From Syntrophales bacterium (GTDB lineage Bacteria; Desulfobacterota; Syntrophia; Syntrophales; UBA2210), in the NCBI GenBank assembly GCA_963662405.2, contig CAXXKT010000001.1, positions 640,001 to 704,000 on the forward strand: a stretch of DNA of 64,000 nucleotides, in the 5' to 3' direction. Position numbers and translations under genes: made by a program. Positions within the stretch are counted from its first letter, which is position 1; every line of letters starts with the position of its first letter. Of this stretch, positions 32,395 through 43,060 are shown piece after piece. A model generated the notes under the pieces. It saw only the letters and a list, made by a program, of their open reading frames with translations, was not told the DNA's origin and ran no database searches.

Positions 32395-32418
32395 GGGTGA
32401 TGTTTCGGAGAAACGTCC

Positions 32419-35400
32419 ATGAAACGAGAGTGTCTGGGAGCCGGTGTCGATGTGGGTTCCACCACGGCGAAACTCATCCTGCTGGATGATTCCGGCTCGG
32501 TGAAATTTTCCTCTTACCGTCGTCACAGTTCCGATATTATCAACACCCTCACGATCATCTTTGAAGAGGCGGCCGAGGCTCTCGGCGATCCCCCGACAGA
32601 GTTTTCCATTACCGGGTCGGCCGGCATGGGAGTGGCGGAAAGGATGGGTGTGCCCTTCGTCCAGGAGGTCGTCGCCGCCGGTGAGGTGGCCCGACGGCAC
32701 TTTCCGGACATCAGGACACTGATCGATATCGGCGGCGAAGACAGCAAAATGATGTTCTTTTCACCGCACCGACCACCGGATATCCGCATGAATGGAAGCT
32801 GCGCCGGAGGGACAGGGGCCTTTATCGACCAGATGGCGACACTGCTCAACCTCTCCGTCAACGATCTCGACCGCTTGGCGGGCCGCTATCAGCGCATCTA
32901 CCCTATCGCCTCCCGATGCGGGGTCTTCGCCAAGACCGATGTGCAGAATCTGATCAGCCGCAAGATCGACCTGCCCGATATCTGCGCATCCATCCTGCAG
33001 GCAGTGGCCCTGCAAAATCTCAACTCGCTGGCCCGCGGCGTCACCATACGACCAAAGGTCCTCTTCTGCGGTGGCCCCCTGACCTTCCTTCCCAGTCTGC
33101 AGGACTGTTTCTGCCGCCTGCTCCACCTCTCACCCTGGGACATCGTCCTTCCGACCAACGGGCTCTTCTTCCCCGCCTGGGGGGCAGCCCTTATCACAGA
33201 AGGTGATGGCACGCCGGACCGTCTCAGCACGTGGTGCCGCCGTATACACTCTCTCGATACTGATGCGGAGCATCCCCAAGAGGAGCACCATCGGCTTCCT
33301 CCACTCTTCGCAAATGAAGATGCGTATCGCCAGTGGGAACACGATCGGACGGTCATGTCCCTGACTGACACCCCCTGTCACCTGGCTGAGCCTCCGCTCT
33401 TTCTCGGCGTCGACTGCGGGTCGACCACCACAAAGGTCATGGTGATCGACTCCCGTCAGCGCGTTATCTTCAGCGACTATCGCCCCAACCGCGGCAATCC
33501 CATCGACGCCGTCATGAAGGCACTGATCACGTTTCGCGCACAAAACACCGATTTCCTCCCCCTCGCCGTCGGAAAGGCCACCGGCTACGGGGAAGATCTG
33601 ATTAGCGCCGCCTTCGATCTCGACAGGGGCGTGGTGGAGACGATGGCCCACTGGCGGGCCGCGGCTGAGTGTGACCCGAATGTTTCCTTCATCCTCGACA
33701 TCGGCGGGCAGGACATGAAGGCCCTCTTCATCAGAGACCAGGCGATCAGCCGTATGGAAATAAACGAGGCCTGTTCTTCCGGATGCGGCTCCTTCATCGA
33801 AGGCTTTGCCCAGTCCCTCGGATTGACAGCGGAGTCGTTTGCCGAGAGGGCGTGCCATTCCGGAGCACCCTGTGATCTCGGAACACGATGCACGGTCTTC
33901 ATGAATTCCCGTATCAAACAGGCCCAGAGAGAGAACGCATCCATCGAGGATATCGCCGCGGGTCTTGCCTACGCGGTCATCAAGAACAGCCTCTATAAGG
34001 TCCTCAAGCTGCGAGACCCTGCCGAATTGGGAGACCACATCCTGGTCCAGGGAGGAACCTTCCGGAATCCGGCGGTCCTGAGGGCCTTTGAAGCACTTAC
34101 CGGTTCCCCGATCGTCTCTTCCGACAGGCCCGAGATGATGGGGGCATACGGTGCGGCTCTCCTTGCCAAAGAGGCATACAATGCCGATCCCGCGTCGGTC
34201 CATCCCTTCGATCTGAACAGCCTCGAGAGGTGCACCGACTACCGGACCCGCGAGATGGAATGTCACGGCTGCACCAACCGGTGTCGTGTAACCGTTTTTT
34301 CCTTCTCCGGGGGGAGACGATTCTTCACCGGGAACAAGTGCGAGCGCCTCTTCGGCAATCGCGGAAGCGCCACCGGGCGGGGGACCAATCTCTTCTCCGC
34401 GCGGAACGACCTGTTGTTCGATGAGATACCCCGACCGGAAAAACCGCCGGCCGGGGTCAGGATCGGCATCCCCCGCATCCTGGAGATGTATGAGACATTC
34501 CCCTTCTGGAGTACCCTACTGGCCGCGTGCGGGTTCGACGTCGTCCTCTCCGACAAATCAAGCCAGGCCCTGTATGAAAAGGGGCTCGGATCGATCATGG
34601 CAGACAACATCTGTTTTCCCGCAAAGATTGCCCATGGCCACGTCATTGATCTGATCGAGAAAGGGGTGGATCGTATCCTGTATCCGCTCACAATCCATGA
34701 AATCATGGAAGAAGCCGGCGCCGCCAACAGCTACAACTGCCCCATCGTGGCGAGCTATGCCGAGGTGCTGAAAGGTTCCATCGGCACCGATGGAACAGGG
34801 CCGCTCTTTGATGCGCCGACAATCTCCTTCCGCGACGAGGGACTGCTCCGAAAGGCCTGCGTGAGATACCTGAAATCCCTGGGTGTGTCCCGCCGCCGAG
34901 CCGCGGAGGCCTTCCTCCGGGCACTGGTCGCGCAGGAGCAGTTTCGCGCAACCCTTGCAAAGCAGGGAGGCGAACTCCTCGAGAGGGCGCGCCGTGAAGG
35001 ACGAACCGTGATCGTCTTGGCCGGCAGGCCCTACCATGCCGACCCCTTCATCGAACACCAGACTTCGGAAATGCTGGCCGATCTGGGCGCAGACGTGCTG
35101 CCCTGCGACGTGGCCTCGCACCTCTGCCGGAAGAGCATCCGCGAAATCCAGACGATCTCCCAGTGGACCTTTCCCAACCGGCTCATGAAGGCCGCGCAGT
35201 GGGTCGCCGACCAGCCCGAACGGAATATCCAGTACGTCATGCTCAACTCGTTCGGATGCGGTCCCGACGCCTTCATCATGGATGAGATCCGGGACATCCT
35301 TTCGGCAGCGGGGAAGACCTTCACCCTGATCAAGATCGACGAGATCTCCAGCACCGGCTCCGTCCGGCTCCGCCTCCGCTCTCTCATGGAGACGCTGGAA

Positions 35401-36705
35401 CGACGCCCTCCGAGGAACGAGACCCTCACGATACACCGCCACACCACCCCTTCCTTCTCTGCCGAAGACCGCGTCAAACAGATCATTGCCCCCTATTTCG
35501 CCGACTGTTACTCTCCCTTCATATCACCCATATTCCGCCTTGCCGGGTATGATCTGGCGGTCCTCCCCCCCTCGGACAGGGAATCCGTGGAATACGGATT
35601 GCAATACGCCAACAACGAGATCTGCTACCCCGCCATCGTGATTATCGGCGATATCATCAAGGCGTTTAAACAGGGCCGCTTCGACCCGGGGAAAACCGTG
35701 GTCGGCATGACCCAGACGGGGGGACAGTGCCGGGCCACCAACTACATTGCCCTGATCAAGAAAGCGCTGATCAGTGCCGGGTACGGGGAAGTCCCCGTCA
35801 TCGCCGTGGCCAGCACCGACAGCCTGATCAATGATCAGCCCGGCTTTGAATTTGAGTTACGGGACATCATGAAACCGACCTTTGCCAGCATTCTCTATGC
35901 GGATGGCATAGCCCGTATGTATTACAAGACGGTGGTTCGCCAGCGCACGGTCGGTCTGGCCGAAACCGTCCGGGACCACTACCTCGAAGCAGGACGGGCC
36001 TGCGTCGAGCAAGGCGATATCAGCGGGCTCATGGAACATCTCAAAAAGGCGGTCGTCGCCTTCAACGATACACTGACGGGGGATGATCCACGGCCGAGAA
36101 TCGGTATCGTCGGAGAGATCTTCCTGAAATATAACCGCTTCAGTCATATGAATGTCGTTGACTGGATGATTGCGCAGGATGTGGAGGTGACTGTCCCCTC
36201 ACTGACCGATTTCGCAATGCAGTTTTTTGTCAATACACGGGAAAATCGACAGAGCCATCTCGAACGATCAGATGGCAACTCGCGGCTGTTCGAGGCATTT
36301 CTCGCCTTTCAGGCGGGTCGCTTGATAGACCGTTTCGAGTCGATCCTCACCGGGTTCCGCTGTTACGAACCACCCGTCAGCATTCACCAGAAAGCCCGGT
36401 TGGCGTCACAGGTCATAAGCCTCTCGAATCAGTTCGGGGAGGGGTGGCTCATCCCGGCCGAAATTGCCGGGTTTGCCCGCGAAGGGATCTGGGATGTGGT
36501 CTGTCTCCAACCCTTTGGCTGCATTGCCAACCAGATCATCGCCAAGGGAATCGAGAACCGGATCCAGCAGATCTACCCCATGATGAACATGCTCTTTCTC
36601 GATTTCGACGCCAGCACCAGCGAGGTCAATATCCTCAACCGCCTGCACTTCATGATCGAAAATGCCCGCCACCACCACCGGACAGCCGTGAAACAATATG
36701 CCTGA
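32419..36705 (+). CDS. Fused 2-hydroxyacyl-CoA dehydratase activator/reductase protein (2x BadF/BcrAD ATPase + DUF2229 + dehydratase-like domain), PlsA/Ger-like
   Basis: Two ASKHA modules (DVGSTT/DIGGED/CAGGTG and DCGSTT/DIGGQD/CSSGCG), then CFPAK, GRPYH, SFGCGPD, CYPA, GGQCRA, GEGW and QPFGC. Confidence 0.88.
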   Translation: MKRECLGAGVDVGSTTAKLILLDDSGSVKFSSYRRHSSDIINTLTIIFEEAAEALGDPPTEFSITGSAGMGVAERMGVPFVQEVVAAGEVARRHFPDIRTLIDIGGEDSKMMFFSPHRPPDIRMNGSCAGGTGAFIDQMATLLNLSVNDLDRLAGRYQRIYPIASRCGVFAKTDVQNLISRKIDLPDICASILQAVALQNLNSLARGVTIRPKVLFCGGPLTFLPSLQDCFCRLLHLSPWDIVLPTNGLFFPAWGAALITEGDGTPDRLSTWCRRIHSLDTDAEHPQEEHHRLPPLFANEDAYRQWEHDRTVMSLTDTPCHLAEPPLFLGVDCGSTTTKVMVIDSRQRVIFSDYRPNRGNPIDAVMKALITFRAQNTDFLPLAVGKATGYGEDLISAAFDLDRGVVETMAHWRAAAECDPNVSFILDIGGQDMKALFIRDQAISRMEINEACSSGCGSFIEGFAQSLGLTAESFAERACHSGAPCDLGTRCTVFMNSRIKQAQRENASIEDIAAGLAYAVIKNSLYKVLKLRDPAELGDHILVQGGTFRNPAVLRAFEALTGSPIVSSDRPEMMGAYGAALLAKEAYNADPASVHPFDLNSLERCTDYRTREMECHGCTNRCRVTVFSFSGGRRFFTGNKCERLFGNRGSATGRGTNLFSARNDLLFDEIPRPEKPPAGVRIGIPRILEMYETFPFWSTLLAACGFDVVLSDKSSQALYEKGLGSIMADNICFPAKIAHGHVIDLIEKGVDRILYPLTIHEIMEEAGAANSYNCPIVASYAEVLKGSIGTDGTGPLFDAPTISFRDEGLLRKACVRYLKSLGVSRRRAAEAFLRALVAQEQFRATLAKQGGELLERARREGRTVIVLAGRPYHADPFIEHQTSEMLADLGADVLPCDVASHLCRKSIREIQTISQWTFPNRLMKAAQWVADQPERNIQYVMLNSFGCGPDAFIMDEIRDILSAAGKTFTLIKIDEISSTGSVRLRLRSLMETLERRPPRNETLTIHRHTTPSFSAEDRVKQIIAPYFADCYSPFISPIFRLAGYDLAVLPPSDRESVEYGLQYANNEICYPAIVIIGDIIKAFKQGRFDPGKTVVGMTQTGGQCRATNYIALIKKALISAGYGEVPVIAVASTDSLINDQPGFEFELRDIMKPTFASILYADGIARMYYKTVVRQRTVGLAETVRDHYLEAGRACVEQGDISGLMEHLKKAVVAFNDTLTGDDPRPRIGIVGEIFLKYNRFSHMNVVDWMIAQDVEVTVPSLTDFAMQFFVNTRENRQSHLERSDGNSRLFEAFLAFQAGRLIDRFESILTGFRCYEPPVSIHQKARLASQVISLSNQFGEGWLIPAEIAGFAREGIWDVVCLQPFGCIANQIIAKGIENRIQQIYPMMNMLFLDFDASTSEVNILNRLHFMIENARHHHRTAVKQYA

Positions 36706-36855
36706 GGGTCGGACATCGTGAAGATCCTGCCTTTCTCTTCGATAGACCCGCGCGGCACGGTGAACCCTGTTCGTGCCATTTCTTCGGCGCGTCCTTGACT
36801 CCCGTCCCTTTTCGCGTATAGTCTTTCGGAAAATACAGAAACGAGGGGGAACCTG

Positions 36856-37377
36856 ATGAAGAAAGAAATTCCTGCGTACGAACAGTATCCGGTCAGCGAG
36901 GAAGTCATGGGGAAACGGTACAAGAACTGGACCGAGGGTCTGGCACGGCAGATGGTGATGCTGTACCGGGTGGGGAAAGAGGTCGGCGGTGAGCGGTTCG
37001 TCGAGCGGCTGAAGGAAGAGTACTACAAGAGCGGGCAGAAGGGCGCTCACCTGTGGATGTCCCTGACCGGCACAACGAAGGAAGATTTCAAGGACTGTTC
37101 GAACCTGCCGAAGGTCCACGATCTCATCGACGACACCTTCGCGAATTACTGGGACGGCTACATAGAACAGACACCGAAGGCATTCGAGAAAGAACTCACA
37201 ACCTGCCCGGTCGTCAGACAGTGGTCCAAGGAACCGGAACTCTGTGAGATCCTCCTGGCGGAATCCCTCAGAGGGATGGCGACGGAACTCAACCCGAAGT
37301 TCAAGACCTCGGGATTCAGCAAGCTCCTCACCAAGGGCGATCCCGTCTGCCGTTTCAGGGTGGAGATGGAAGAATAA
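36856..37377 (+). CDS. L-2-amino-thiazoline-4-carboxylate hydrolase-like (V4R-fold) protein
   Basis: TTCP...W....LC, NPK...KLLTKGDPVCRF motif. RBS GAGGGG. Confidence 0.65.
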   Translation: MKKEIPAYEQYPVSEEVMGKRYKNWTEGLARQMVMLYRVGKEVGGERFVERLKEEYYKSGQKGAHLWMSLTGTTKEDFKDCSNLPKVHDLIDDTFANYWDGYIEQTPKAFEKELTTCPVVRQWSKEPELCEILLAESLRGMATELNPKFKTSGFSKLLTKGDPVCRFRVEMEE

Positions 37378-37464
37378 TTCTGTTGGATGATCGCATGTCG
37401 ATCATTTCTTGCTGATCAGTGCATCGGCAACGCGTGCGCCGTCGGGAAAGACCAAGAGTGGAGG

Positions 37465-37585
37465 GACGGGGGCCGAGATCGCGGGGGATATGGTGATCCT
37501 GCACTTCATCGACGGCCAGCGGGGGGACGATGACCTTGACGGAGGGAACGGGGTGATCGTCGACAACGGCGACCCGTCCGCGCCT
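37465..37585 (+). pseudogene. Remnant of a choice-of-anchor U-like C-terminal domain
   Basis: Translation TGAEIAGDMVILHFIDGQRGDDDLDGGNGVIVDNGDP, with no credible start. Confidence 0.55.
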
Positions 37586-37724
37586 GCTTCGGTAATCCCT
37601 GCATCCTCGCGGTGAGGCGTGATGATCTTTGTGGCCCTCCTGTCCCTGATTGCCTGTCTGATTATACGAACGCGAAAGAAAGAATCATATTGATCCGTGG
37701 CCGCTCCAGGAGGGCACAGGGGTC

Positions 37725-38660
37725 TCATATTGTGGCTTGTTCCGCTGTGCACGCGGGTTCTTCCGTTCCCATTTCGCATATAATGTGGCGAACCATTGAG
37801 GGATATACCTCTTGGAGGATATCAGGTGAGAGGAAGTATTCCTTGTGAAGCGCGAACGTATACTTGACCATCCGTTTGACCGTTTTTTCGACCGATCCCG
37901 CTCTGCGGTATACCGCCTTTATCATGGCGCAGAACTGATCTGACATCTGGATCGTTTTGGATATGAATTCGTTCGCCTCAGGACCGGTAATGTAGCCAAA
38001 GTGATCCGCGCACAGGTATTCAACATCCAAACGGCTTAATTTTCCGAGGCTTTTTTGAAACTCGGTGTAGTTCCAATTACCCGACGGGATAATCCCGTCC
38101 TTGAGAGGGATGCCCCCGCTGTCCGAGGGGAAGAGGGCCTTGATCTGGGGGATATAGGCGGATATGGAGCATTCGGAATGCCCCGGTGTCTCAAGGATCT
38201 CGACGTGAAATCCACCCAGATCGATGGAATCTCCTTCGAAAACGGTGATTCCATCGAGATCATTGCGCCAGAGCAGGTCGTACCGTGAAAGATCAAAGGG
38301 GGCGTTTGCCCTCTTCATTTCAATGGTATTGAACGAGTTGATTTCCTTGATTTTATCTGTGTCGTGAAGCACATCCCAGGCATGGCGTGAGGCGTAGACG
38401 GTCAGGTCTTCAAGACGTTTGCTGAACAGCGGAACGAGGCCGACATGGTCGAAGTGGCTATGGAGGATCAACAATTTTCGTATCTTGTTTACATCGATAG
38501 CGAATTCCCTGAGTTGATTCAGGACGTCGTAAGCGATACGACTCATGCCGCCGCTGATGATCATGGAACAGTCTGATCCCTCAACGAGATAGAGACCGGA
38601 TTCCTCCCGACCGAGGTACCACACGTGCTCACATATTTTTCCGGGGTTTCGGTGCCTCAT
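37725..38660 (-). CDS. MBL-fold metallo-hydrolase
   Basis: HSHFDHVG, TPGHS, SDS and ADH motifs. Start at ATG 38660 after AGGAG. Confidence 0.88.
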   Translation of the reverse strand: MRHRNPGKICEHVWYLGREESGLYLVEGSDCSMIISGGMSRIAYDVLNQLREFAIDVNKIRKLLILHSHFDHVGLVPLFSKRLEDLTVYASRHAWDVLHDTDKIKEINSFNTIEMKRANAPFDLSRYDLLWRNDLDGITVFEGDSIDLGGFHVEILETPGHSECSISAYIPQIKALFPSDSGGIPLKDGIIPSGNWNYTEFQKSLGKLSRLDVEYLCADHFGYITGPEANEFISKTIQMSDQFCAMIKAVYRRAGSVEKTVKRMVKYTFALHKEYFLSPDILQEVYPSMVRHIICEMGTEEPACTAEQATI

Positions 38661-38782
38661 ACGAATGTCTAAGTAGCTCCTTTCGGTTCTCTTATAATAG
38701 TTGTACCCTGCCAAAGATTGCTGTCCCGATCATGCCAACAATAAGGAAGATCTCTGCTCGTACACTGTGAGATGGGTACCTT

Positions 38783-40150
38783 TCAAGAGAGTTTTTTCCT
38801 TCGATAACGGAAGGTATGATGGTTTAAGTTGAGAAGCTTCGCCGCCTTGGATTCATTCCCCTTCGCGATACGTAATGCCTCGGAAATGTAGTAATCTTCC
38901 ACGGTGCTTTCAATCGAAGAAATATCGACCCCTTCCTCCGTCAAGGGCGGGAAAGAAAAATTCTTTGGGTCGAATGTTTCTGTTTCCACAATGCCGAGGT
39001 CATTTTTTTCTATGGATGGCTCTTGCGCTGTCAGGACGGCTCGTTCGATCATATTCTTGAGCTCTCTGATATTGCCGGTCCAGCGATGGGTTGCGAGTGC
39101 CTCAATCGCCCCATCTGAAAAGTTGGTGAATATTCTCCCGAATTTATCGGAAAAGTGAAGCAGAAAGTGGTGTGCGAGGGGAAGGATATCATCTGGACGG
39201 TCGTTCAGCGAAGGGATAGTCACGACAATGACGGCGAGGCGGAAGTACAGATCCTGGCGGAAGAGTTTGTTATCTATAAGGGTATGGAGATCTTTGTTGG
39301 TTGCGGAGACGACCCGTGTGTGCACCTGCAGCTTCGCGGTTCCCCCAACCCGATAGAACTCACCCTCTTCGAGGAAGCGAAGAAGTTTTGCCTGGGCTTC
39401 CATACTGAGGTCTCCCACTTCATCCAGGAAGAGGGTTCCTCCTCCTGCCGCCTCGATGAGGCCTTTCTTCCCGCTCGTGCTGGCACCACTGAAGGCGCCT
39501 TTCTCATATCCAAAGAGTTCGCTTTCTATCAGATCTTTCGGGATGGCCGCACAGTTGACCGTTATAAAAGGGCCCTTGAAGTTAGGACTTCTATGGTGAA
39601 TGGCGCTGGCGATCAGTTCTTTCCCGGTGCCGGTTTCACCGAGGATCAGTATCGGGGTGTCGGGGCTTTTTGCGACCATCCCGATAAACTTGAGCACATT
39701 ATGTATCTCATTGCTCTCGGCAACAAAACAGGGGATATTCTCTGCGAGATATTCTTCCTGGAGATCCTGGACTTCCTTGCGTAATCGAATCGTACTGAGT
39801 GCATTGCGAATGGTAATTTCAAGTCCATCCATGACGATGGGTTTGACGACATAATCATATGCGCCGAGCTTCATGGCGGAGATGACCGTTTGGATATCCT
39901 CGTACGCGGTGATCATAATCACCAGGATATCGTGACATTCCTTTCTGATATGGTGGAGGGCCTTGATACCGTCCATCCCGGGCAATCCAATGTCAAGGAG
40001 TATCAGGTCCGGAGGGTTTGATTGCATCGACTCGAGGGCGGATTCCGCTGTTGCGAAGGTATATATACGATATTCTGATTCAAGGGAAAAGCGGATACCG
40101 GTTCGTATTATTTCGTCGTCGTCGATGATGTATATGGAGTATTGTGTCAT
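38783..40150 (-). CDS. Sigma54-dependent response regulator (NtrC family)
   Basis: REC domain, GETGTGKE, ESELFGYEKGAFSGA, LFLDE, GNIREL and Fis HTH. Confidence 0.95.
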   Translation of the reverse strand: MTQYSIYIIDDDEIIRTGIRFSLESEYRIYTFATAESALESMQSNPPDLILLDIGLPGMDGIKALHHIRKECHDILVIMITAYEDIQTVISAMKLGAYDYVVKPIVMDGLEITIRNALSTIRLRKEVQDLQEEYLAENIPCFVAESNEIHNVLKFIGMVAKSPDTPILILGETGTGKELIASAIHHRSPNFKGPFITVNCAAIPKDLIESELFGYEKGAFSGASTSGKKGLIEAAGGGTLFLDEVGDLSMEAQAKLLRFLEEGEFYRVGGTAKLQVHTRVVSATNKDLHTLIDNKLFRQDLYFRLAVIVVTIPSLNDRPDDILPLAHHFLLHFSDKFGRIFTNFSDGAIEALATHRWTGNIRELKNMIERAVLTAQEPSIEKNDLGIVETETFDPKNFSFPPLTEEGVDISSIESTVEDYYISEALRIAKGNESKAAKLLNLNHHTFRYRRKKLS

Positions 40151-42207
40151 GCCGTTCGGTTCCCTTGTGTGATCGGAATCTGAAAGACAAATTCAGCCCC
40201 GCCCCACTTACTGTCATGAACCACGATTGAACCCCGATGATCGGTAACGATACGCTGGCATATGCTCAGTCCGATACCCGAACCGTCGTGTTTTGTTGTA
40301 TAAAATGGTTCGAAGATCTTGTCTCTCAGGTAATGGGGGATTCCGGGTCCCGAATCGGCGATCCTGGTAGCAATGATGCCGTTTTCACATGCCGTTGTGA
40401 TAGTGATTATTTTTTCTCCCTCTGAGTGGCTCATTGCTTCGGCGGCATTTGAAATGAGGTTTAAGATCAATTCCTCAATCAGTTGGGGGTTGAGCAGAAC
40501 GTCGGAGAGATTCCCATCGATATCCACCTCAAGTGCGATTTTACTTTTCCGCAGACTGACGGAAGAGAGTTCAACGGCATCCAGTATGGGCTTTTTTATA
40601 TTTCCTGCAATGAGTTTGTGCTCGGTCGGCTTGGAAAAATCCATAACCCGTTTGATAACGGATTCGATTTTTTTTGATGCGGAATGGATCTGCTTATAAA
40701 TTTCAGACGCATTTTCCGGAGGTCCACCTTGCTCATGGGATTTTTCAAGGAGATTCAGGTAGATGTTGATCCCCGAGAGAGGATTCCTTATTTCGTGGGC
40801 AATGCCGGCGGCCACCCGCCCCAGGGATGCCATCTTGTCCTGGATCCGCATGAGTTGGTCCACCTCCTTGCTTCTGGTGACGTCCATCATATTCAGCAGG
40901 AAGGCATCTTCCCCATCGTATTTGATCGATGTTCCATGACAGTGGACCCATCGGAAGTGTGATCCTGTATCGAGGGGAAGCAACCGAAATTCTATGTCTA
41001 TGGAGTCTGAGGCATTCGAAGCGATATCATGAAAAAGCTGTTGCACTCTATCGAGGTCCTCCGGATAAATCATTCTCAGATCGACGGGATGTATCTGCCG
41101 TTCTGGTTGCCCGAACAACCGTTGATGCTCGTGATTGCTATAGACAACGGTCTCGTCCTGGATGATGGAGATCCCTGTCGAGGCGTTTTCCGCGAGATCG
41201 CGGAATCGCTGTTCACTTTCGCGCAACCTGTCCTGGTAATTCTTATGCTCGATCAGCCGCAGCATCCCCTGCATAAGCAGCGTTAACTGCCTGACGTCCG
41301 ATTGATCATAATCTCCCTTCTTGTTCGCAACCCCTGCGATGGCATAAATCGTGTCATTGTTAAAGACAGGGATTCCCATATGCCGACTGAGTTTGACATG
41401 CCCCTTTGGATATCCTCTTTTAAAGTAATTCGGGGCGGTATAGTCGTTGGTGACGATGGGCCTGCGTTGCCGAATGGGCTCTCCCCATAATCCCATACTG
41501 TCAAGGTCAAAAATCCGGGATGGATTTTGAATTTTGGATGTCTTCGCCAAACAGGCGTACAGGGTAACCTTTTTCCCCTCTTCATCGACAAGGGCGATAT
41601 ACCCGTACCGGCTTTTCGTCAGTTTGATCCCTTCAGCGACGGCATAGTTGATGAGATCCTCGAGAGAAGCCCCGTCTGCCATCTGATTCAGTTTCAACTG
41701 TGTCTCAAGGCGCGCTTCGTCGAGGCGCAGGGCCTCTTCATTCTGTTTTCTTTCGGTGATATCAAGGTACGAGGCAATGCTTTGATTAGATCCGGCAATA
41801 ACGGCGACTGTTGCCATGATATCCTTGACATTTCCCTGCTTGTCTCTGAATTTGAATTCGTAGTTGCGTGGGACAAGTTGGGGGGCGATCCTCCGGACGG
41901 TGTGATATGCGATCATCGTATCCAGCATATCTTCATCCGCCACGAAGGTATTCCAGCTTATCTTTCCTTCCATCTCTTCCTTGGAGTAACCGGAGAGTTT
42001 TTCAAATTCACGGTTGGTTAAGGAGATGGTCATGTCGTTTTCCGAAATAATCATTGCCGTTCCGGTGTTTTCAAAAATGGTCCGGTACTTATACAGATCT
42101 GCGGTAGTGATATTCTGGTCCCTCAGCGTTTCCTCGTAGTTCAATCTCTGACGAAGTTTGTTGAGTTCACGAATCAATTGCCGTTTTGTTTTCTTTTCAT
42201 CTCTCAT
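40147..42207 (-). CDS. Cytoplasmic PAS-GAF-PAS sensor histidine kinase
   Basis: AHEIRNPL H-box, DSGPG and GSGIGL boxes, no TM segments. ATGA overlap with the regulator. Confidence 0.93.
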   Translation of the reverse strand: MRDEKKTKRQLIRELNKLRQRLNYEETLRDQNITTADLYKYRTIFENTGTAMIISENDMTISLTNREFEKLSGYSKEEMEGKISWNTFVADEDMLDTMIAYHTVRRIAPQLVPRNYEFKFRDKQGNVKDIMATVAVIAGSNQSIASYLDITERKQNEEALRLDEARLETQLKLNQMADGASLEDLINYAVAEGIKLTKSRYGYIALVDEEGKKVTLYACLAKTSKIQNPSRIFDLDSMGLWGEPIRQRRPIVTNDYTAPNYFKRGYPKGHVKLSRHMGIPVFNNDTIYAIAGVANKKGDYDQSDVRQLTLLMQGMLRLIEHKNYQDRLRESEQRFRDLAENASTGISIIQDETVVYSNHEHQRLFGQPERQIHPVDLRMIYPEDLDRVQQLFHDIASNASDSIDIEFRLLPLDTGSHFRWVHCHGTSIKYDGEDAFLLNMMDVTRSKEVDQLMRIQDKMASLGRVAAGIAHEIRNPLSGINIYLNLLEKSHEQGGPPENASEIYKQIHSASKKIESVIKRVMDFSKPTEHKLIAGNIKKPILDAVELSSVSLRKSKIALEVDIDGNLSDVLLNPQLIEELILNLISNAAEAMSHSEGEKIITITTACENGIIATRIADSGPGIPHYLRDKIFEPFYTTKHDGSGIGLSICQRIVTDHRGSIVVHDSKWGGAEFVFQIPITQGNRTA

Positions 42208-42249
42208 CGTTTCAACTGCCTGATAGGTCGCGGTTACTGCGTTGCAGAA

Positions 42250-42266
42250 AGCAAGGAGCATGCCAA
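42250..42266 (-). promoter_or_regulatory. sigma54 promoter for the kinase/regulator operon
   Basis: Minus strand TTGGCATGCTCCTTGCT, matching GG-N10-GC. Confidence 0.7.
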
Positions 42267-42402
42267 TCCGGATGGTATATTAGTCCAAGTCACCTGGTTC
42301 TGTCAAACAAATGGCATGAATAGGATTTTTGCTACTTTTCCCTTCAAGAGGAACGCCCATAACCATAAGGAAAGAGAAAATATCGATGTTGATACAAAAT
42401 AC

Positions 42403-42437
42403 TTTCGCAAATTTGCAAAATATTTTCGCAAAATTTC
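42403..42437. promoter_or_regulatory. Putative enhancer (UAS) repeats
   Basis: TTTCGCAAATTTGCAAAA followed by TTTTCGCAAAA, between the two divergent sigma54 promoters. Confidence 0.5.
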
Positions 42438-42526
42438 TACATGTGAAGGGCGAGTACGACGGGCTATGAAAAGACGGCTTGATCTAACATGCTGATATAA
42501 TAGATAATATTTTTAGGGTGCAGGGG

Positions 42527-42542
42527 TGGCATAGCTTGTGCT
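42527..42542 (+). promoter_or_regulatory. sigma54 promoter for the rightward operon
   Basis: TGGCATAGCTTGTGCT, matching GG-N10-GC. Confidence 0.62.
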
Positions 42543-42590
42543 CAGGGGGTGGGGAGAGCTTCTATTATTGCAAAAGGATCATCAGGCGAC

Positions 42591-42983
42591 GTGAATAACC
42601 CAACGGCCCTTCATGGAACAAGAATATTGCTTATCGATGATGACCAGTGGATCAGAGACTCCATGACTTTGTACTTTGAAGCGGAAGGATGTCATGTCCG
42701 ATCTTTTGCCACGGCTGAGGAAGGCCTGCCTGTCTTTCAGGACGATATGTGGGATGTGATCATAGTCGATTATCACCTGCCGGGTATGGATGGATTGATG
42801 ATGCTCGATCAGATTCAGAACCGCCAGGAAGGAGTCATAAAGGTCCTGATTACCGCGTATACAAGTGATACGGCTATTTCACGTGCCCGTGACGTCGGTG
42901 TCAACGCTTTTATCGAAAAACCATTTACGGCGGATGACATTGAGACGACGCTTGTGCGACTGCTTCACGAGCGAAGTGCCTGA
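42591..42983 (+). CDS. Single-domain response regulator
   Basis: LLIDDD, VDYHLPGMDG, ITAY and EKPF motifs. Confidence 0.88.
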   Translation: MNNPTALHGTRILLIDDDQWIRDSMTLYFEAEGCHVRSFATAEEGLPVFQDDMWDVIIVDYHLPGMDGLMMLDQIQNRQEGVIKVLITAYTSDTAISRARDVGVNAFIEKPFTADDIETTLVRLLHERSA

Positions 42984-43060
42984 GAGGCGGGCGATGGATT
43001 GGTCCGGTAAGACTGTCCATGGTGCGTTGAACGAATATCATGTGATGAGAGGTAGAAACC

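Noticed and set aside
38720..38740. sigma54 promoter upstream of the MBL hydrolase
   Set aside because: TGGCA is present on the minus strand, but there is no GC at the -12 position.
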